Assembly (NCBI GenBank): GCA_902567045.1
Contig: CACFLJ010000007.1
Coordinates: 512 to 64,511 of the forward strand
DNA length: 64,000 bases
Direction: 5' to 3'
Source: an uncultured Pelagibacteraceae bacterium
Lineage (GTDB): Bacteria > Pseudomonadota > Alphaproteobacteria > Pelagibacterales > Pelagibacteraceae
Made by a program: the position numbers and the translations under genes
Part shown: positions 1-10,313 of the stretch, piece after piece
How the letters are laid out: every line of letters starts with the position of its first letter
Numbering within the stretch: the first letter of the stretch is position 1
The notes under the pieces: generated by a model
What the model saw: only the letters and a program-made list of their open reading frames with translations
The model's database searches: none
Told to the model about the DNA's origin: nothing

Positions 1-270
1 AATTGTATGAGTATTCCAGATGATGACATACCATTATCAGTTGCGATGTTAGCTAAAGGATACTTTGGTGATGATAATATTGTTGCAGGAGAATGTTCAG
101 CACCTGCTATAATAAGTATAAATGTAAGTTGCAATAACGAACAAATTAAAAAGGATCTTGAATTGGATTTGAATTCGAATGTTTTATTAATTGGATGCGA
201 AGGTGATACAGATTTAAAACTTTACAACGAACTTCTGTCTAAAGGATTAGAGCAGTTATCAAATGGCTAA
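1..270 (+). CDS. C-terminal part of a fold-type II PLP enzyme, probably diaminopropionate ammonia-lyase (5' end outside window)
   Basis: Frame open from base 1; 'IVAGECSAP' and 'VLLIGCEGDTD' resemble the DAP ammonia-lyase C-terminal GESGA / EGDTD motifs; stop overlaps the photolyase start. Confidence 0.65.
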   Translation, partial: NCMSIPDDDIPLSVAMLAKGYFGDDNIVAGECSAPAIISINVSCNNEQIKKDLELDLNSNVLLIGCEGDTDLKLYNELLSKGLEQLSNG

Positions 271-1687
271 TACAGCACTCGTTTGGATAAGAGATGATTT
301 TCGAATACAAAATAATGATGCGCTAACTTATGCTACAAATCAACATGATACTGTTACAGCAGTATTTATTTTTAATAGTAGTGTCTTCGATCATAAAAGA
401 GAAGCTCAAAAGTGGTGGGTAAGTAAATCCTTAGAAAATTTTAAATTGGATTTAAAAAAATTAAATATTGGATTGGAAATAATTAAAGATGATGAAATAA
501 ATTTTTTTTCTAAAATAAAATCTAATAGTAAAATATCTATTTATTGGAATAAAGTTTATGAGCCTACTGAATTAGAAAAAGATAAAAAAATTGGTACTGA
601 TTTTTCAAAAAAGAAAATTGATTTCAAATTTTTTAAAGGAAATGTGCTTAATGAATATAATAAAATTACGAAAAATGATGGTACACCTTTTAAAGTCTAT
701 AGTCCTTTTTGGAGGAATGCAGAGCAATTTTATTTAGAGAGACTGCCTGATAAAATAAGCAAAGTTAAGAAGTGTAAAAAGATAAACACATTGTTCAAAA
801 ATCAAATAAAATCTGAAGATATTTTACCTAAATCTGATTGGTATAAGAAATTTGAAAAATATTGGGTACCTTCAGAGCAAAAAGCCCATGAAAATTTAGA
901 TAATTTTGTTAACAAAAGCATACTTAATTATGGTGTTGATCGTGACTTTCCATCAGTTAAAGGAACTTCATTACTTTCTCCATATATTAGAAATGGACAA
1001 ATTAATGTTGGAGACATTTGGGAAAAGTGTAAAAAACTAAAATCAAATAATGTAAGTGTAAAAAAATATACTAATGAAATTGGTTGGAGAGAGTTTTCAC
1101 ACAGTCTCATAAATTACTTTCCACAAATGCTAAAGGGAAACTTAAGAAAAGAATTTGATAAGTTTCCATGGGTAAATAATTCTAAATTTTTGAATGCATG
1201 GAAAAAAGGAATGACAGGTTATCCAATTGTAGATGCTGGAATGAGAGAATTATATGAAACAGGCTGGATGCATAATAGGATTAGAATGGTAGTTGGGTCT
1301 TTTTTAGTAAAACATTTAAGGATTAATTGGAAAGAGGGAGAAAAATATTTCAGAAATTGTCTTCTTGATTTCAATGAAGCAAATAATGTTGCTCAATGGC
1401 AATGGGTAGCCGGATGTGGCGCTGATGCAGCTCCCTATTTTAGAATTTTCAACCCTATTTTACAGGGTGAAAAATTTGATAAGCAAGGTGAATATGTAAA
1501 AAAATGGGTTCCTGAATTATCAAAAGTTCCTCCAAAATTTATTCATAAACCATGGGAAATGGAAAAAAAATATCAAGAAGCAATTAATACTATCATAGGC
1601 TCGAACTATCCAATGCCGATTGTTATTCATGAGAAAGCTAGGGCAGATGCTTTGAGTGCTTTTCAATCAATTAAGAAAAAAAATTAG
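263..1687 (+). CDS. phrB: Deoxyribodipyrimidine (CPD) photolyase
   Basis: VWIRDDFRIQNN N-terminus, TGYPIVDAGMRELYETGWMHNRIRM, WQWVAGCGADAAPYFRIFNP FAD-binding motifs. Confidence 0.95.
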   Translation: MANTALVWIRDDFRIQNNDALTYATNQHDTVTAVFIFNSSVFDHKREAQKWWVSKSLENFKLDLKKLNIGLEIIKDDEINFFSKIKSNSKISIYWNKVYEPTELEKDKKIGTDFSKKKIDFKFFKGNVLNEYNKITKNDGTPFKVYSPFWRNAEQFYLERLPDKISKVKKCKKINTLFKNQIKSEDILPKSDWYKKFEKYWVPSEQKAHENLDNFVNKSILNYGVDRDFPSVKGTSLLSPYIRNGQINVGDIWEKCKKLKSNNVSVKKYTNEIGWREFSHSLINYFPQMLKGNLRKEFDKFPWVNNSKFLNAWKKGMTGYPIVDAGMRELYETGWMHNRIRMVVGSFLVKHLRINWKEGEKYFRNCLLDFNEANNVAQWQWVAGCGADAAPYFRIFNPILQGEKFDKQGEYVKKWVPELSKVPPKFIHKPWEMEKKYQEAINTIIGSNYPMPIVIHEKARADALSAFQSIKKKN

Positions 1688-2103
1688 TCTCCAATAAAAT
1701 GGTGAATAACAGTTCTTGTTGTTGCCTCTAGCCTGTGTTCAAACAAATATATACCCTGCCAAGTTCCTAGCAGTAATTCACTATCTTTTATACTTAAGGA
1801 GATTTGATTATTAGTTAATGAAGATTTGATATGGGCTGGCATATCATCTTTTCCCTCAGTTGTATGGATATACAAATTGTTGTCCATTGGTACCAATTTA
1901 TCAAAATAATTAATTAAATCTTTTTGTACATCTGGGTCAGCATTTTCTTGGATAATTAGTGATGCACTAGTGTGTTGTATACTTAGATTTATAATTCCAT
2001 TTTTAAAGTTATTATTATTAATCCACTCTATTGTTTCATCAGTAAACTCATAAAGTTTTTGACCATTTGTATTAATTTCAAGATTGTAAAATTCTTGTTT
2101 CAT
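1684..2103 (-). CDS. yjbQ: YjbQ/UPF0047 family protein
   Basis: HTSASLIIQENADPDV, DDMPAHIKS, LGTWQGIYLFEHR signature. Confidence 0.93.
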   Translation of the reverse strand: MKQEFYNLEINTNGQKLYEFTDETIEWINNNNFKNGIINLSIQHTSASLIIQENADPDVQKDLINYFDKLVPMDNNLYIHTTEGKDDMPAHIKSSLTNNQISLSIKDSELLLGTWQGIYLFEHRLEATTRTVIHHFIGD

Positions 2104-2106
2104 ATA

Positions 2107-3159
2107 TTAATTAAAGTTTTGTGATGTTAATTCATGCAATCGACTAACTGTTCTTTTGAAAGGCTTTTTCATACTATTAGTGGATTCGAGTGAATTTAAT
2201 TCAACTTCTGATTTGATCATCAATGGTATTTTTTTTTCATAAATAATATCGATAAAAGCAATAAACCTTTGTTGCTGGTTAGAATTACTTTCATTAAAAT
2301 TAGGTAGATTTTCAATAAAAATAAAATCGCTCTCGTTAGCTATTTTAATGTAGTCCTCGGATCCAAGATTTCTATTACAAATTTCGTCAAAAGATACCTT
2401 CAGAACTCCTTCATGAAAGTTATCAAATACTAATTTACGACCCTTCACATCTAATGTCTTAGTAGTTTGTTTTTTATTTTTTGTAGCTTTTCTAAAAGAT
2501 TTATTAAACTTAAAATTAGATGAATTATCTATTGGTGACAAAAATCGACTTAAATTTGTATTTTTTGTAGCTCTATAATCTTCCTCAATATTGAGTTCTA
2601 ATTCTGTACAATTATTTTCCAGAATTTTTAAAAAAGGGATAAATTGATCTCTTTGTAATCCGTTCTTATATAAATCATTAATATTTATATTTGAAGAAAA
2701 AATAACTTTTATATTTTCATTAAATATTCTTTCAAATAATTTACCTAAGATCATAGCATCAACAATATTTGTTACTTGAAATTCATCAAAATACAATATT
2801 TTTGCTTTATCACTTAAATCTTTAACAAATTTTTCTAAACCGTTTTCATTTCCTTTTTTTTTATTTTCAAATATAAAATCATGAAATTTGATCATAAACT
2901 CATTGAAGTGCAATCTTGATTTTTTTTCTTTTAAACTTTCAAAAAAAAAATTTAAAATCATAGTTTTGCCTACGCCAACATCTCCAACTAAATAAAAGCC
3001 CAATTTATTTTTTTTATCGTTAAATATTTTTTTAAAAAAAGTCTGTTTAAAATTAAGATTGTAATATTCGTTTAATTTTTGAACTATTTTTATCTGATTT
3101 TCGTTTATTTCTAAGTCTTTATCTTCGCAGTGCTTTAGATAAGATTTTTTTATATTCAT
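2107..3159 (-). CDS. zapE: AFG1/ZapE family ATPase
   Basis: Walker A GDVGVGKT, FDEFQVTNIVDAMILG, GLQRDQF, RTVSRL. Confidence 0.92.
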   Translation of the reverse strand: MNIKKSYLKHCEDKDLEINENQIKIVQKLNEYYNLNFKQTFFKKIFNDKKNKLGFYLVGDVGVGKTMILNFFFESLKEKKSRLHFNEFMIKFHDFIFENKKKGNENGLEKFVKDLSDKAKILYFDEFQVTNIVDAMILGKLFERIFNENIKVIFSSNININDLYKNGLQRDQFIPFLKILENNCTELELNIEEDYRATKNTNLSRFLSPIDNSSNFKFNKSFRKATKNKKQTTKTLDVKGRKLVFDNFHEGVLKVSFDEICNRNLGSEDYIKIANESDFIFIENLPNFNESNSNQQQRFIAFIDIIYEKKIPLMIKSEVELNSLESTNSMKKPFKRTVSRLHELTSQNFN

Positions 3160-3584
3160 TTTTTTGTTTTAAAATCTATGCCGTATTCTGATCTTGGTCC
3201 TTTTCTCAATCCATATGGGCCCGCTAAAAAAATAGTCATTGGTTTAGTTCCTGGCTCAAGATCTACTCTATGAAAATTATTAGCAGACCTAAATCCAATA
3301 TATCCTGGTGCTCTCCAAACTTTTCCTGTTTTTAATGTTTCCCAGTACCCACCTCTCAAAATGATTGTTATGTAAGGAAACAAATGATTATGCACACCAT
3401 CACCATGGTCGTCGTCTAACATTTCATGGATTAGGATATTAAATGGAAACCACTTTGGTCTATGACGGAATAATAGATAATATCTATTCATCCATGGTTT
3501 TGCTTTTTCAAACTCTGGATGTGATGGCCCTCTATCAAATACTACTTTTTTTCTACCTAGTTTTTCTAAAATCTTTAAAAACAT
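3156..3584 (-). CDS. Hypothetical cupin-like (double-stranded beta-helix) protein
   Basis: His-rich HEMLDDDHGDGVHNH...GGYWE...FHRVDL pattern; overlaps both neighbours (TAATG and ATGA coupling). Confidence 0.7.
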   Translation of the reverse strand: MFLKILEKLGRKKVVFDRGPSHPEFEKAKPWMNRYYLLFRHRPKWFPFNILIHEMLDDDHGDGVHNHLFPYITIILRGGYWETLKTGKVWRAPGYIGFRSANNFHRVDLEPGTKPMTIFLAGPYGLRKGPRSEYGIDFKTKK

Positions 3585-4855
3585 TAGTTTGTTTTGGCTA
3601 TAGCATTATCTTTTATCAAATACATACTATTATTAAGTACATAGGGTCTAGAAATTTTTGATCCATGAATTTTTGTAATCTTCTCTTGTGCGCCAGTTGA
3701 AGAGTTAATTGTTAATAATCGTCCATTATCTAAAGATACAAATATTTTATATTTTCCATGAATAAATCCTGTGGGTTTTAAATTTTTCCTGTTTTTGAAA
3801 TTGGTTAAAATATCCGTAATTCTTATAATATTACCGTTTCGATCATCTATTACAAAAAGGTAACCTTCGTTAGATACAGTAAAGATTAAACTTTCAATTA
3901 TTGTTGGTCTTAAACTTGAATTTATCGATTGCGTCCATTTAATTATTCCGGTTCTTGCATCTATTGCAAAAAATTCATTTTTATTATTTGAGAAATAAAT
4001 TGTATTATTTTCAAAAACTAAGTCAGAGTTTTCTAAGCTAAATGCATCTTGATATATTAAACTACTTTGTGTCGGTGTTTGCCAAACTAAACTTCCATTA
4101 TTTACATCAAGGGCTGTAACATCTCCTAGATTATTAATGAAAAAAACTATTTCATCTTTTAAAATTATTGAATTTTTTTTTTGTGATTTGATAAATGAAT
4201 TATCAGTTTTAAAATTCCATAATTCACTTCCATCTTTAGTAGATATGGCTCTGATAACATTATCAAAATCTATTGTTAAAAATTTATCTTTATAAACTTT
4301 AATATTAGAATTAAACGATGATGAGCTATATTTTGACCAATTAACTTTTCCATTATTTAAATCAATCGAATACATTTTTGACAAATTGTCATTTACAATT
4401 AAATTTCCTCCAGCTTGAGCAAAATATAAAATGGGATTAAGTTTCTTTTCTTTTCTATTATAATCATTAACTTCCCATATTTTTTTAAGGTCTTTACTTA
4501 GCTTAATAATTGTACCCTTCCCATTAAAGAAAATTATTTTTTCATCCTCAGTAAAGAATAATTCAGGCTGATTTGAATTAAATTTTTTAATTTTACTTAT
4601 TTTATAAGTTGAAAATTTATCAAAATTCGAGTCAAAATTAATATTTCCATTATTATTACTATTATTTTTTAGAAAAGGTTTTGTTTTAAAAGTGTTTAAC
4701 TTCTTAATTTTTAATTGTTGATTAAATTCTTTTTCGATTGGTTCATTTTTTTTGAAAATTTCTATTAATTTATCATTATCTGATGTGTCTTTTTTAGAGG
4801 CACTACAATTTGATAAAAATATTAAAATTATTATATATTTAATAGCTTTATTCAC
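3584..4855 (-). CDS. bamB: PQQ-like beta-propeller lipoprotein, BamB-like
   Basis: Lipobox-like LSNC; repeated (A/S)(I/L)D..(T/N)G...W propeller blades; downstream of a yfgM-like gene. Confidence 0.75.
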   Translation of the reverse strand: MNKAIKYIIILIFLSNCSASKKDTSDNDKLIEIFKKNEPIEKEFNQQLKIKKLNTFKTKPFLKNNSNNNGNINFDSNFDKFSTYKISKIKKFNSNQPELFFTEDEKIIFFNGKGTIIKLSKDLKKIWEVNDYNRKEKKLNPILYFAQAGGNLIVNDNLSKMYSIDLNNGKVNWSKYSSSSFNSNIKVYKDKFLTIDFDNVIRAISTKDGSELWNFKTDNSFIKSQKKNSIILKDEIVFFINNLGDVTALDVNNGSLVWQTPTQSSLIYQDAFSLENSDLVFENNTIYFSNNKNEFFAIDARTGIIKWTQSINSSLRPTIIESLIFTVSNEGYLFVIDDRNGNIIRITDILTNFKNRKNLKPTGFIHGKYKIFVSLDNGRLLTINSSTGAQEKITKIHGSKISRPYVLNNSMYLIKDNAIAKTN

Positions 4856-5492
4856 TGAAATCTGATCGTAACCTTCTTTGAACTTCTAATTTTACTTTTG
4901 GACTTACATTTTCTATTTCCATTATCTGATTGAAAAATTCTTTGGATTTCTGTTTTTGGTTTTTTGATAAATAGAACTCAGCCATAAGATATAGTGCTTG
5001 AGGTTTCCAGATGCTTTCTGATTTTATTACTGGATTAAGAATATTTAACAATTCATTTTCTTGAACAAAGTCTGAATTAAATAGACCCTTCTTGTAGATA
5101 GTTAGATTTTTAATTTCTTTATCAAGCGATACATCATTTATAAGAAGGTCAAAATAAGAATTAATTTCCTCATTAGAAGTTATTAAATCATTATCAAGCA
5201 AAAAAAAGAAGGCTAATGGAGAATAGGTTTTATCTTTAGTATTTATGATTTCTATCAAATTGTTATTTATATTTTCTTGTTTACCTGTCTCAAAATTTGT
5301 AACAATAGAATTGAATTTATTGGCTAATTTTTCTTTGTTTCTAGACTTGAACTCTTGATAACCAAAAAAACTAATCAATATTAAAATTATTAATATTAAC
5401 AAAGTTATTAATTGTTTTCTTTTTGATATTAAAAAATTTTTTAATTTTTCAACTCTTGTGTTTGTATTAATAATTTCTATTTCTTCATCCAT
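4848..5492 (-). CDS. YfgM-like membrane-anchored TPR protein
   Basis: Single N-terminal TM helix, helical TPR-like C-terminus, position upstream of bamB-like gene. Confidence 0.65.
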   Translation of the reverse strand: MDEEIEIINTNTRVEKLKNFLISKRKQLITLLILIILILISFFGYQEFKSRNKEKLANKFNSIVTNFETGKQENINNNLIEIINTKDKTYSPLAFFFLLDNDLITSNEEINSYFDLLINDVSLDKEIKNLTIYKKGLFNSDFVQENELLNILNPVIKSESIWKPQALYLMAEFYLSKNQKQKSKEFFNQIMEIENVSPKVKLEVQRRLRSDFSE

Positions 5493-8160
5493 TAATCATA
5501 TTCCTTAGAACATATTGTAGAATACCACCGTTCTTGTAGTATTCTAATTCATTTTTAGTGTCTATTCTGCATAACATTTTAATTTTTTTAATGTCCCCTG
5601 TTGTATATTTAATTTCAACTTCTAAATGATCGCCAGGACTTATTCCTTTCTCAAGACCTAATACTGATATTAATTCTGACCCTTTTAAGTTTAAATTCTG
5701 TCTATTCATCTTTTCTACAAACTGCAAAGGTAAAACACCCATTCCTATAAGATTTGATCTATGTATTCTTTCAAAACTTTCTGCAATTACAGCTTTTATG
5801 CCTAATAATTTTGTTCCTTTTGCTGCCCAATCTCTTGAAGAACCAGTGCCATATTCTTTTCCCCCAAATACAACTAAATCTGTTCCTCTTTTTTTATATT
5901 CAACAACAGCATCATAAATAGGCATTACTTTTTCCTCGGGATATAATTTAGTGAAACCTCCCTCTGTGCCTGGAGCCATTTCATTTTTAATTCTAATATT
6001 AGCAAATGTTCCTCTCATCATTACTTCATGATTCCCTCTTCTTGCGCCATAAGAATTATAATCCTTGGGCAAAATTTGATGCTTCATAAAATAATTTCCT
6101 GTTGGGCTTTCTTTTTGAATACTTCCAGCTGGAGATATATGGTCCGTTGTTACCATATCTCCTAAAATTAATAATGGTCTTGCATCTTTTATTTCCTTAA
6201 AGCCCTCCGGTTCATCTGGTAAATTTTCAAAGAATGGTGGTTTTTTTACGTAGGTAGAATTTTCTTCCCAATTATAAATACTTCCTTTGTCCACTTTAAT
6301 TTTTTGCCATTGTTCTGGCCCTTCTGAAACATTTGAATATCTATTAACAAACATTTCAGGGTTTAAAGATTGTTTAAGAGTATCTTCAATCTCTTTATTA
6401 GAGGGCCAAATATCTTTTAAGTAAACATCTTGTCCTTTACTATCTTTTCCTAACGGATCTTTATACAAATCCATTCTCATAGATCCTGCTATTGCGTAAG
6501 CTACTACAAGCGGAGGTGATGCTAAATAGTTAGCTTTTACTAATGGAGAAATTCTTCCTTCAAAGTTTCTATTTCCAGACAAAACTGAAACTGCGTATAA
6601 ATTATTTTCTTTGACAGCATCAGTAATATTATCTGGCAAAGGTCCAGAGTTACCAATACAAGTAGTGCAACCATAACCAACTAAATTAAAACCTAACTCA
6701 TCTAAATATTTACTTAAACCCGCTTTATCTAAGTAGTCAGTAACAACTTGTGATCCAGGTGCTAATGAAGTTTTAACCCAAGGTTTAACATTTAGGCCTT
6801 TTTCAATTGCATTTTTGGCTAACAGTCCTGCACCAATTAATACATTTGGATTGGAGGTATTCGTACATGATGTAATAGCGGCTATTAATATATCTCCATC
6901 TTTTATCTCAAAATCTGTGTCTTTAACTTTTGCTACTGTTGGATCAGTTTTTTTACATACTTCTTCAAAAACTTTAATAAAATTTTTTGATGCTTCTGTT
7001 AAAAGAACTTTATCTTGAGGTCTTTTTGGTCCAGAAATTGTAGGAACTACTGTGGACATATCTAAAGATAAAGTATCAGTGAAAACAACGTCTTCACTTG
7101 CCCACAAATTTTGTTCTTTTGCATATTTTTCTACGATTTGAATGTTCTCTTTTGATCTTCCTGAAAATTCTAGGTATTTTAATGTTTCTTCATCAATTGG
7201 AAAAAATCCACAGGTAGCTCCATACTCGGGCGCCATATTGGCAATAGTTGCTCTATCAGCAAGTGTTAGATTTTTTAGACCTTCTCCATAAAATTCTACA
7301 AATTTACCAACTACACCTTTATCTCTTAACATTTTAACTACTGTTAAAACCAAGTCTGTAGCAGTTGTACCCTCGGGTAATTTATTTTTCATTTCAAACC
7401 CAATCACTTCTGGTATCAACATTGATATAGGTTGTCCCAGCATACCTGCTTCTGCTTCAATTCCTCCCACACCCCAACCTAGTACTGATAACCCATTAAC
7501 CATTGTGGTATGGCTATCAGTTCCAACTAGCGTATCTGGAAATAAATACTCTTTATCTTCAAACTTTTCGTTCCAAACTACTTTTGATAAATATTCTAAA
7601 TTTACCTGATGGCAAATTCCAGTACCCGGTGGAACAATTCTAAAATTATTAAAGGCTTGCTGTCCCCACTTTAAAAAAGAATATCTCTCAAAGTTTCTAT
7701 CAAACTCAATATCAACATTCTCTTTTAATGAATTCTTTGTTGCAAACTTATCCACTTGAACTGAATGGTCGATCACTAGATCAACCGAAGAAAGAGGGTT
7801 AATGGTATTTGGATCTTTATTCTTTTCCTTAACTGTATCCCTCATTGCAGCAAGATCAGCTACAGCTGGTATACCTGTATAATCTTGCAAAAGCACTCTT
7901 GCAGGTCTATATGCAATTTCTGTTTTGGATTTTTTTGAATTTAACCACTCTTTTATCGCTAGAATCTGATCTTTATTAACAGTCACGTTGTCTTCATATC
8001 TTAGAAGATTTTCAAGTAAGACTTTTATTGATTTTGGTAATTTATTTATGCCTTCCAAACCATTTTCCTCTGCTTCTTTTAGTGAATAATATGAATAATT
8101 TTTTCCATTTACTGATATTTCTTTTAAACATTTAAATGAATTTTGATTTCCTGGTTTCAT
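5485..8160 (-). CDS. acnA: Aconitate hydratase A
   Basis: 891 aa; GTDSHTT, AAITSCTNTSNP, GYGCTTCIGNSG Fe-S Cys motifs, GSSRDWAAKG. Confidence 0.97.
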   Translation of the reverse strand: MKPGNQNSFKCLKEISVNGKNYSYYSLKEAEENGLEGINKLPKSIKVLLENLLRYEDNVTVNKDQILAIKEWLNSKKSKTEIAYRPARVLLQDYTGIPAVADLAAMRDTVKEKNKDPNTINPLSSVDLVIDHSVQVDKFATKNSLKENVDIEFDRNFERYSFLKWGQQAFNNFRIVPPGTGICHQVNLEYLSKVVWNEKFEDKEYLFPDTLVGTDSHTTMVNGLSVLGWGVGGIEAEAGMLGQPISMLIPEVIGFEMKNKLPEGTTATDLVLTVVKMLRDKGVVGKFVEFYGEGLKNLTLADRATIANMAPEYGATCGFFPIDEETLKYLEFSGRSKENIQIVEKYAKEQNLWASEDVVFTDTLSLDMSTVVPTISGPKRPQDKVLLTEASKNFIKVFEEVCKKTDPTVAKVKDTDFEIKDGDILIAAITSCTNTSNPNVLIGAGLLAKNAIEKGLNVKPWVKTSLAPGSQVVTDYLDKAGLSKYLDELGFNLVGYGCTTCIGNSGPLPDNITDAVKENNLYAVSVLSGNRNFEGRISPLVKANYLASPPLVVAYAIAGSMRMDLYKDPLGKDSKGQDVYLKDIWPSNKEIEDTLKQSLNPEMFVNRYSNVSEGPEQWQKIKVDKGSIYNWEENSTYVKKPPFFENLPDEPEGFKEIKDARPLLILGDMVTTDHISPAGSIQKESPTGNYFMKHQILPKDYNSYGARRGNHEVMMRGTFANIRIKNEMAPGTEGGFTKLYPEEKVMPIYDAVVEYKKRGTDLVVFGGKEYGTGSSRDWAAKGTKLLGIKAVIAESFERIHRSNLIGMGVLPLQFVEKMNRQNLNLKGSELISVLGLEKGISPGDHLEVEIKYTTGDIKKIKMLCRIDTKNELEYYKNGGILQYVLRNMING

Positions 8161-8165
8161 ATTTT

Positions 8166-8756
8166 TTAGTAATAAAAAGTTGCTATACAGCTTAATAAGA
8201 GTGCCGACATAACATAATTAAACCATTTAATAAATTTCTCATTTGTCGCGAATTTCCTCATAAATTTTCCAATTATAGTCCAAAAAATAATACTAATAAC
8301 TGCAAACAAAAAGGCAATGCTTAATAACCAAATTGAATATGAAATAAAGTTACCACCAGATTCTACATAGGTAGAAACTGCAATTATAGCAACAATTACT
8401 CCTTTAGGGTTTAGAAATTGATATAGAAATGTTTCAATAAAATTTACGGGTTTTAAATTATCACTTTCACTTGATGATTTTGAAAATGATATTTTATAAG
8501 ACAAATATATTAAAAAGATTGTACCCGTTATGATTAAACCTTTTTGAAGTATTGGATAAAGCTTAAATATATTAATTAAACCAAAGTTAATTACTGCGAG
8601 CATAAATGTAAATCCAAAAATTACTCCCAACATTAAAGGAATAGTTTTTTTAAAACCGTGATTAAACCCAGAGTGAGAGGCAACAATATTATTTGGTCCT
8701 GGTGAACAGCTCGTAACAAACATAAACAAACATAGAGACAGTAATTCGGGGTGCAT
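8166..8756 (-). CDS. LysE-family amino-acid exporter
   Basis: SPGPNN and FLNPKG motifs, hydrophobic TM segments. Confidence 0.88.
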   Translation of the reverse strand: MHPELLSLCLFMFVTSCSPGPNNIVASHSGFNHGFKKTIPLMLGVIFGFTFMLAVINFGLINIFKLYPILQKGLIITGTIFLIYLSYKISFSKSSSESDNLKPVNFIETFLYQFLNPKGVIVAIIAVSTYVESGGNFISYSIWLLSIAFLFAVISIIFWTIIGKFMRKFATNEKFIKWFNYVMSALLLSCIATFYY

Positions 8757-8758
8757 GT

Positions 8759-9100
8759 TTAAGCTACAGGCAAACCATTTTCTACTTTTTGGGATGGGTG
8801 AACAAGAACAACTTTGCCATCCTCATCTATAGAACCAAGTATTAAAACCTGAGACACAATACCTGCTATATTTTTTTCAGGAAAGTTACATATGCCAATT
8901 ACTTGTTTTCCAACTAGATTTTCCTCATTATAATAATGAGTTATCTGTGCTGATGATTGCTTAATTCCTATATCTTTTCCAAAGTCAACCTCAACAACAA
9001 GAGATGGTTTCCTTGCTTTTTCATTTTTTTTTACCGATATTACTGTTCCTACTCTGATATCTACTTTGTCATAAATGTCGTAGGTTATTTGTTCTTTCAT
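8759..9100 (-). CDS. csaA: CsaA tRNA-binding/chaperone protein
   Basis: DIRVGTV, KQSSAQIT, NFPEKNIAG..SQVL.LG. Confidence 0.9.
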   Translation of the reverse strand: MKEQITYDIYDKVDIRVGTVISVKKNEKARKPSLVVEVDFGKDIGIKQSSAQITHYYNEENLVGKQVIGICNFPEKNIAGIVSQVLILGSIDEDGKVVLVHPSQKVENGLPVA

Positions 9101-9125
9101 AAATTTAATATATAATTAAAAATAA

Positions 9126-10313
9126 ATGAGTACAGGAAATAATTTAGAAGAAATATATAGTAATTCAATTAAAATACTAAAAGATTTAATTGCATTTAAA
9201 ACTGTATCTGGTGAAAACAATACTCAACTAATTGACTATTGTGATAACATTTTAAATTCATTGGGTGCGGTATCTTTTAGAACGTATGACGAAGAAGAAA
9301 AAAGAGTAAATCTATTTTCAACTATCAAAGCTAAAAAAGCGAGTGACAAAAAACCAATAATTTTATCTGGCCATACTGATGTAGTTCCAGTTTCTAAAGG
9401 ATGGGCAACAGATCCTTTTGATGCAACAATTAAAGAAGATAAATTATTTGGTAGAGGATCGTGTGATATGAAAGGATTTATAGCATGCGTATTGGCATAT
9501 GCTCCTATTTTCTCTTCATCAAATTTGGATAGAGATATTCACTTCTCATTTACTTTCGATGAGGAAACTGCTTGTAAAGGTGCGCCTATTTTAATTAAAG
9601 AATTAAAAAAAAGGGAAATACATGATTGTATTTGTATTGTGGGTGAACCAACTAATATGAAAATAATAGATGCACACAAAGGATGCTACGAATATACTAC
9701 TTATTTTGAAGGTCTTGCAGGTCATAGTTCTCAACCAGATAAAGGTGTAAGTGCGGTTGAATTTGCAGCAAGATATGTAAATAAACTCTTAGAATTAAAA
9801 GAAAAACTTAAAGAAAGACAGCTCAAAGACTCTATATTTGATCCTCCATACTCAACTTTGCAGGTTGGTGGGATTTTTGGTGGCATAGCACATAATGTAA
9901 TCGCTGATAAATGTCATGTGAACTGGGAAACAAGACCAGTTGTTAAAGAAGATGGAATTTTTTTAAATGACGAAATAGATAAATTTACAAAAGAAATTCT
10001 TTTACCCGAAATGAAAAAAATTTATCCAGAGTCTTCAATTAAAAAACATATTATTGGTGAAATAACGGGTTTCGATAGAATTTCTAACTCAGAAGCGTGT
10101 GAATTTGTTTCAAGTATAACAGGTGATAATTCTAGAGAAGTAGTTTCATTTGGAACAGAAGCAGGACTATTTCAAGAAATTGGAATAAGTACAGTTGTAT
10201 GTGGACCTGGATCTATAAAGCAAGCTCATAAAATTGATGAGTTTATAAAATTATCTGAAATTAAAAAATGTATTAGTTTTTTAGATGGTGTTAAAAATAA
10301 ATCTTTGAATTAA
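9126..10313 (+). CDS. argE: Acetylornithine deacetylase-like M20 peptidase
   Basis: LSGHTDVVP, GRGSCDMKG, FDEE, GEPT, FGTEAGLF, AHKIDEF. Confidence 0.88.
   Translation: MSTGNNLEEIYSNSIKILKDLIAFKTVSGENNTQLIDYCDNILNSLGAVSFRTYDEEEKRVNLFSTIKAKKASDKKPIILSGHTDVVPVSKGWATDPFDATIKEDKLFGRGSCDMKGFIACVLAYAPIFSSSNLDRDIHFSFTFDEETACKGAPILIKELKKREIHDCICIVGEPTNMKIIDAHKGCYEYTTYFEGLAGHSSQPDKGVSAVEFAARYVNKLLELKEKLKERQLKDSIFDPPYSTLQVGGIFGGIAHNVIADKCHVNWETRPVVKEDGIFLNDEIDKFTKEILLPEMKKIYPESSIKKHIIGEITGFDRISNSEACEFVSSITGDNSREVVSFGTEAGLFQEIGISTVVCGPGSIKQAHKIDEFIKLSEIKKCISFLDGVKNKSLN

Noticed and set aside
2851-3050. A/T homopolymer runs in zapE and other genes as phase-variation tracts
   Set aside because: Such runs are ubiquitous from Lys/Phe codons in AT-rich DNA, and reading frames are intact.
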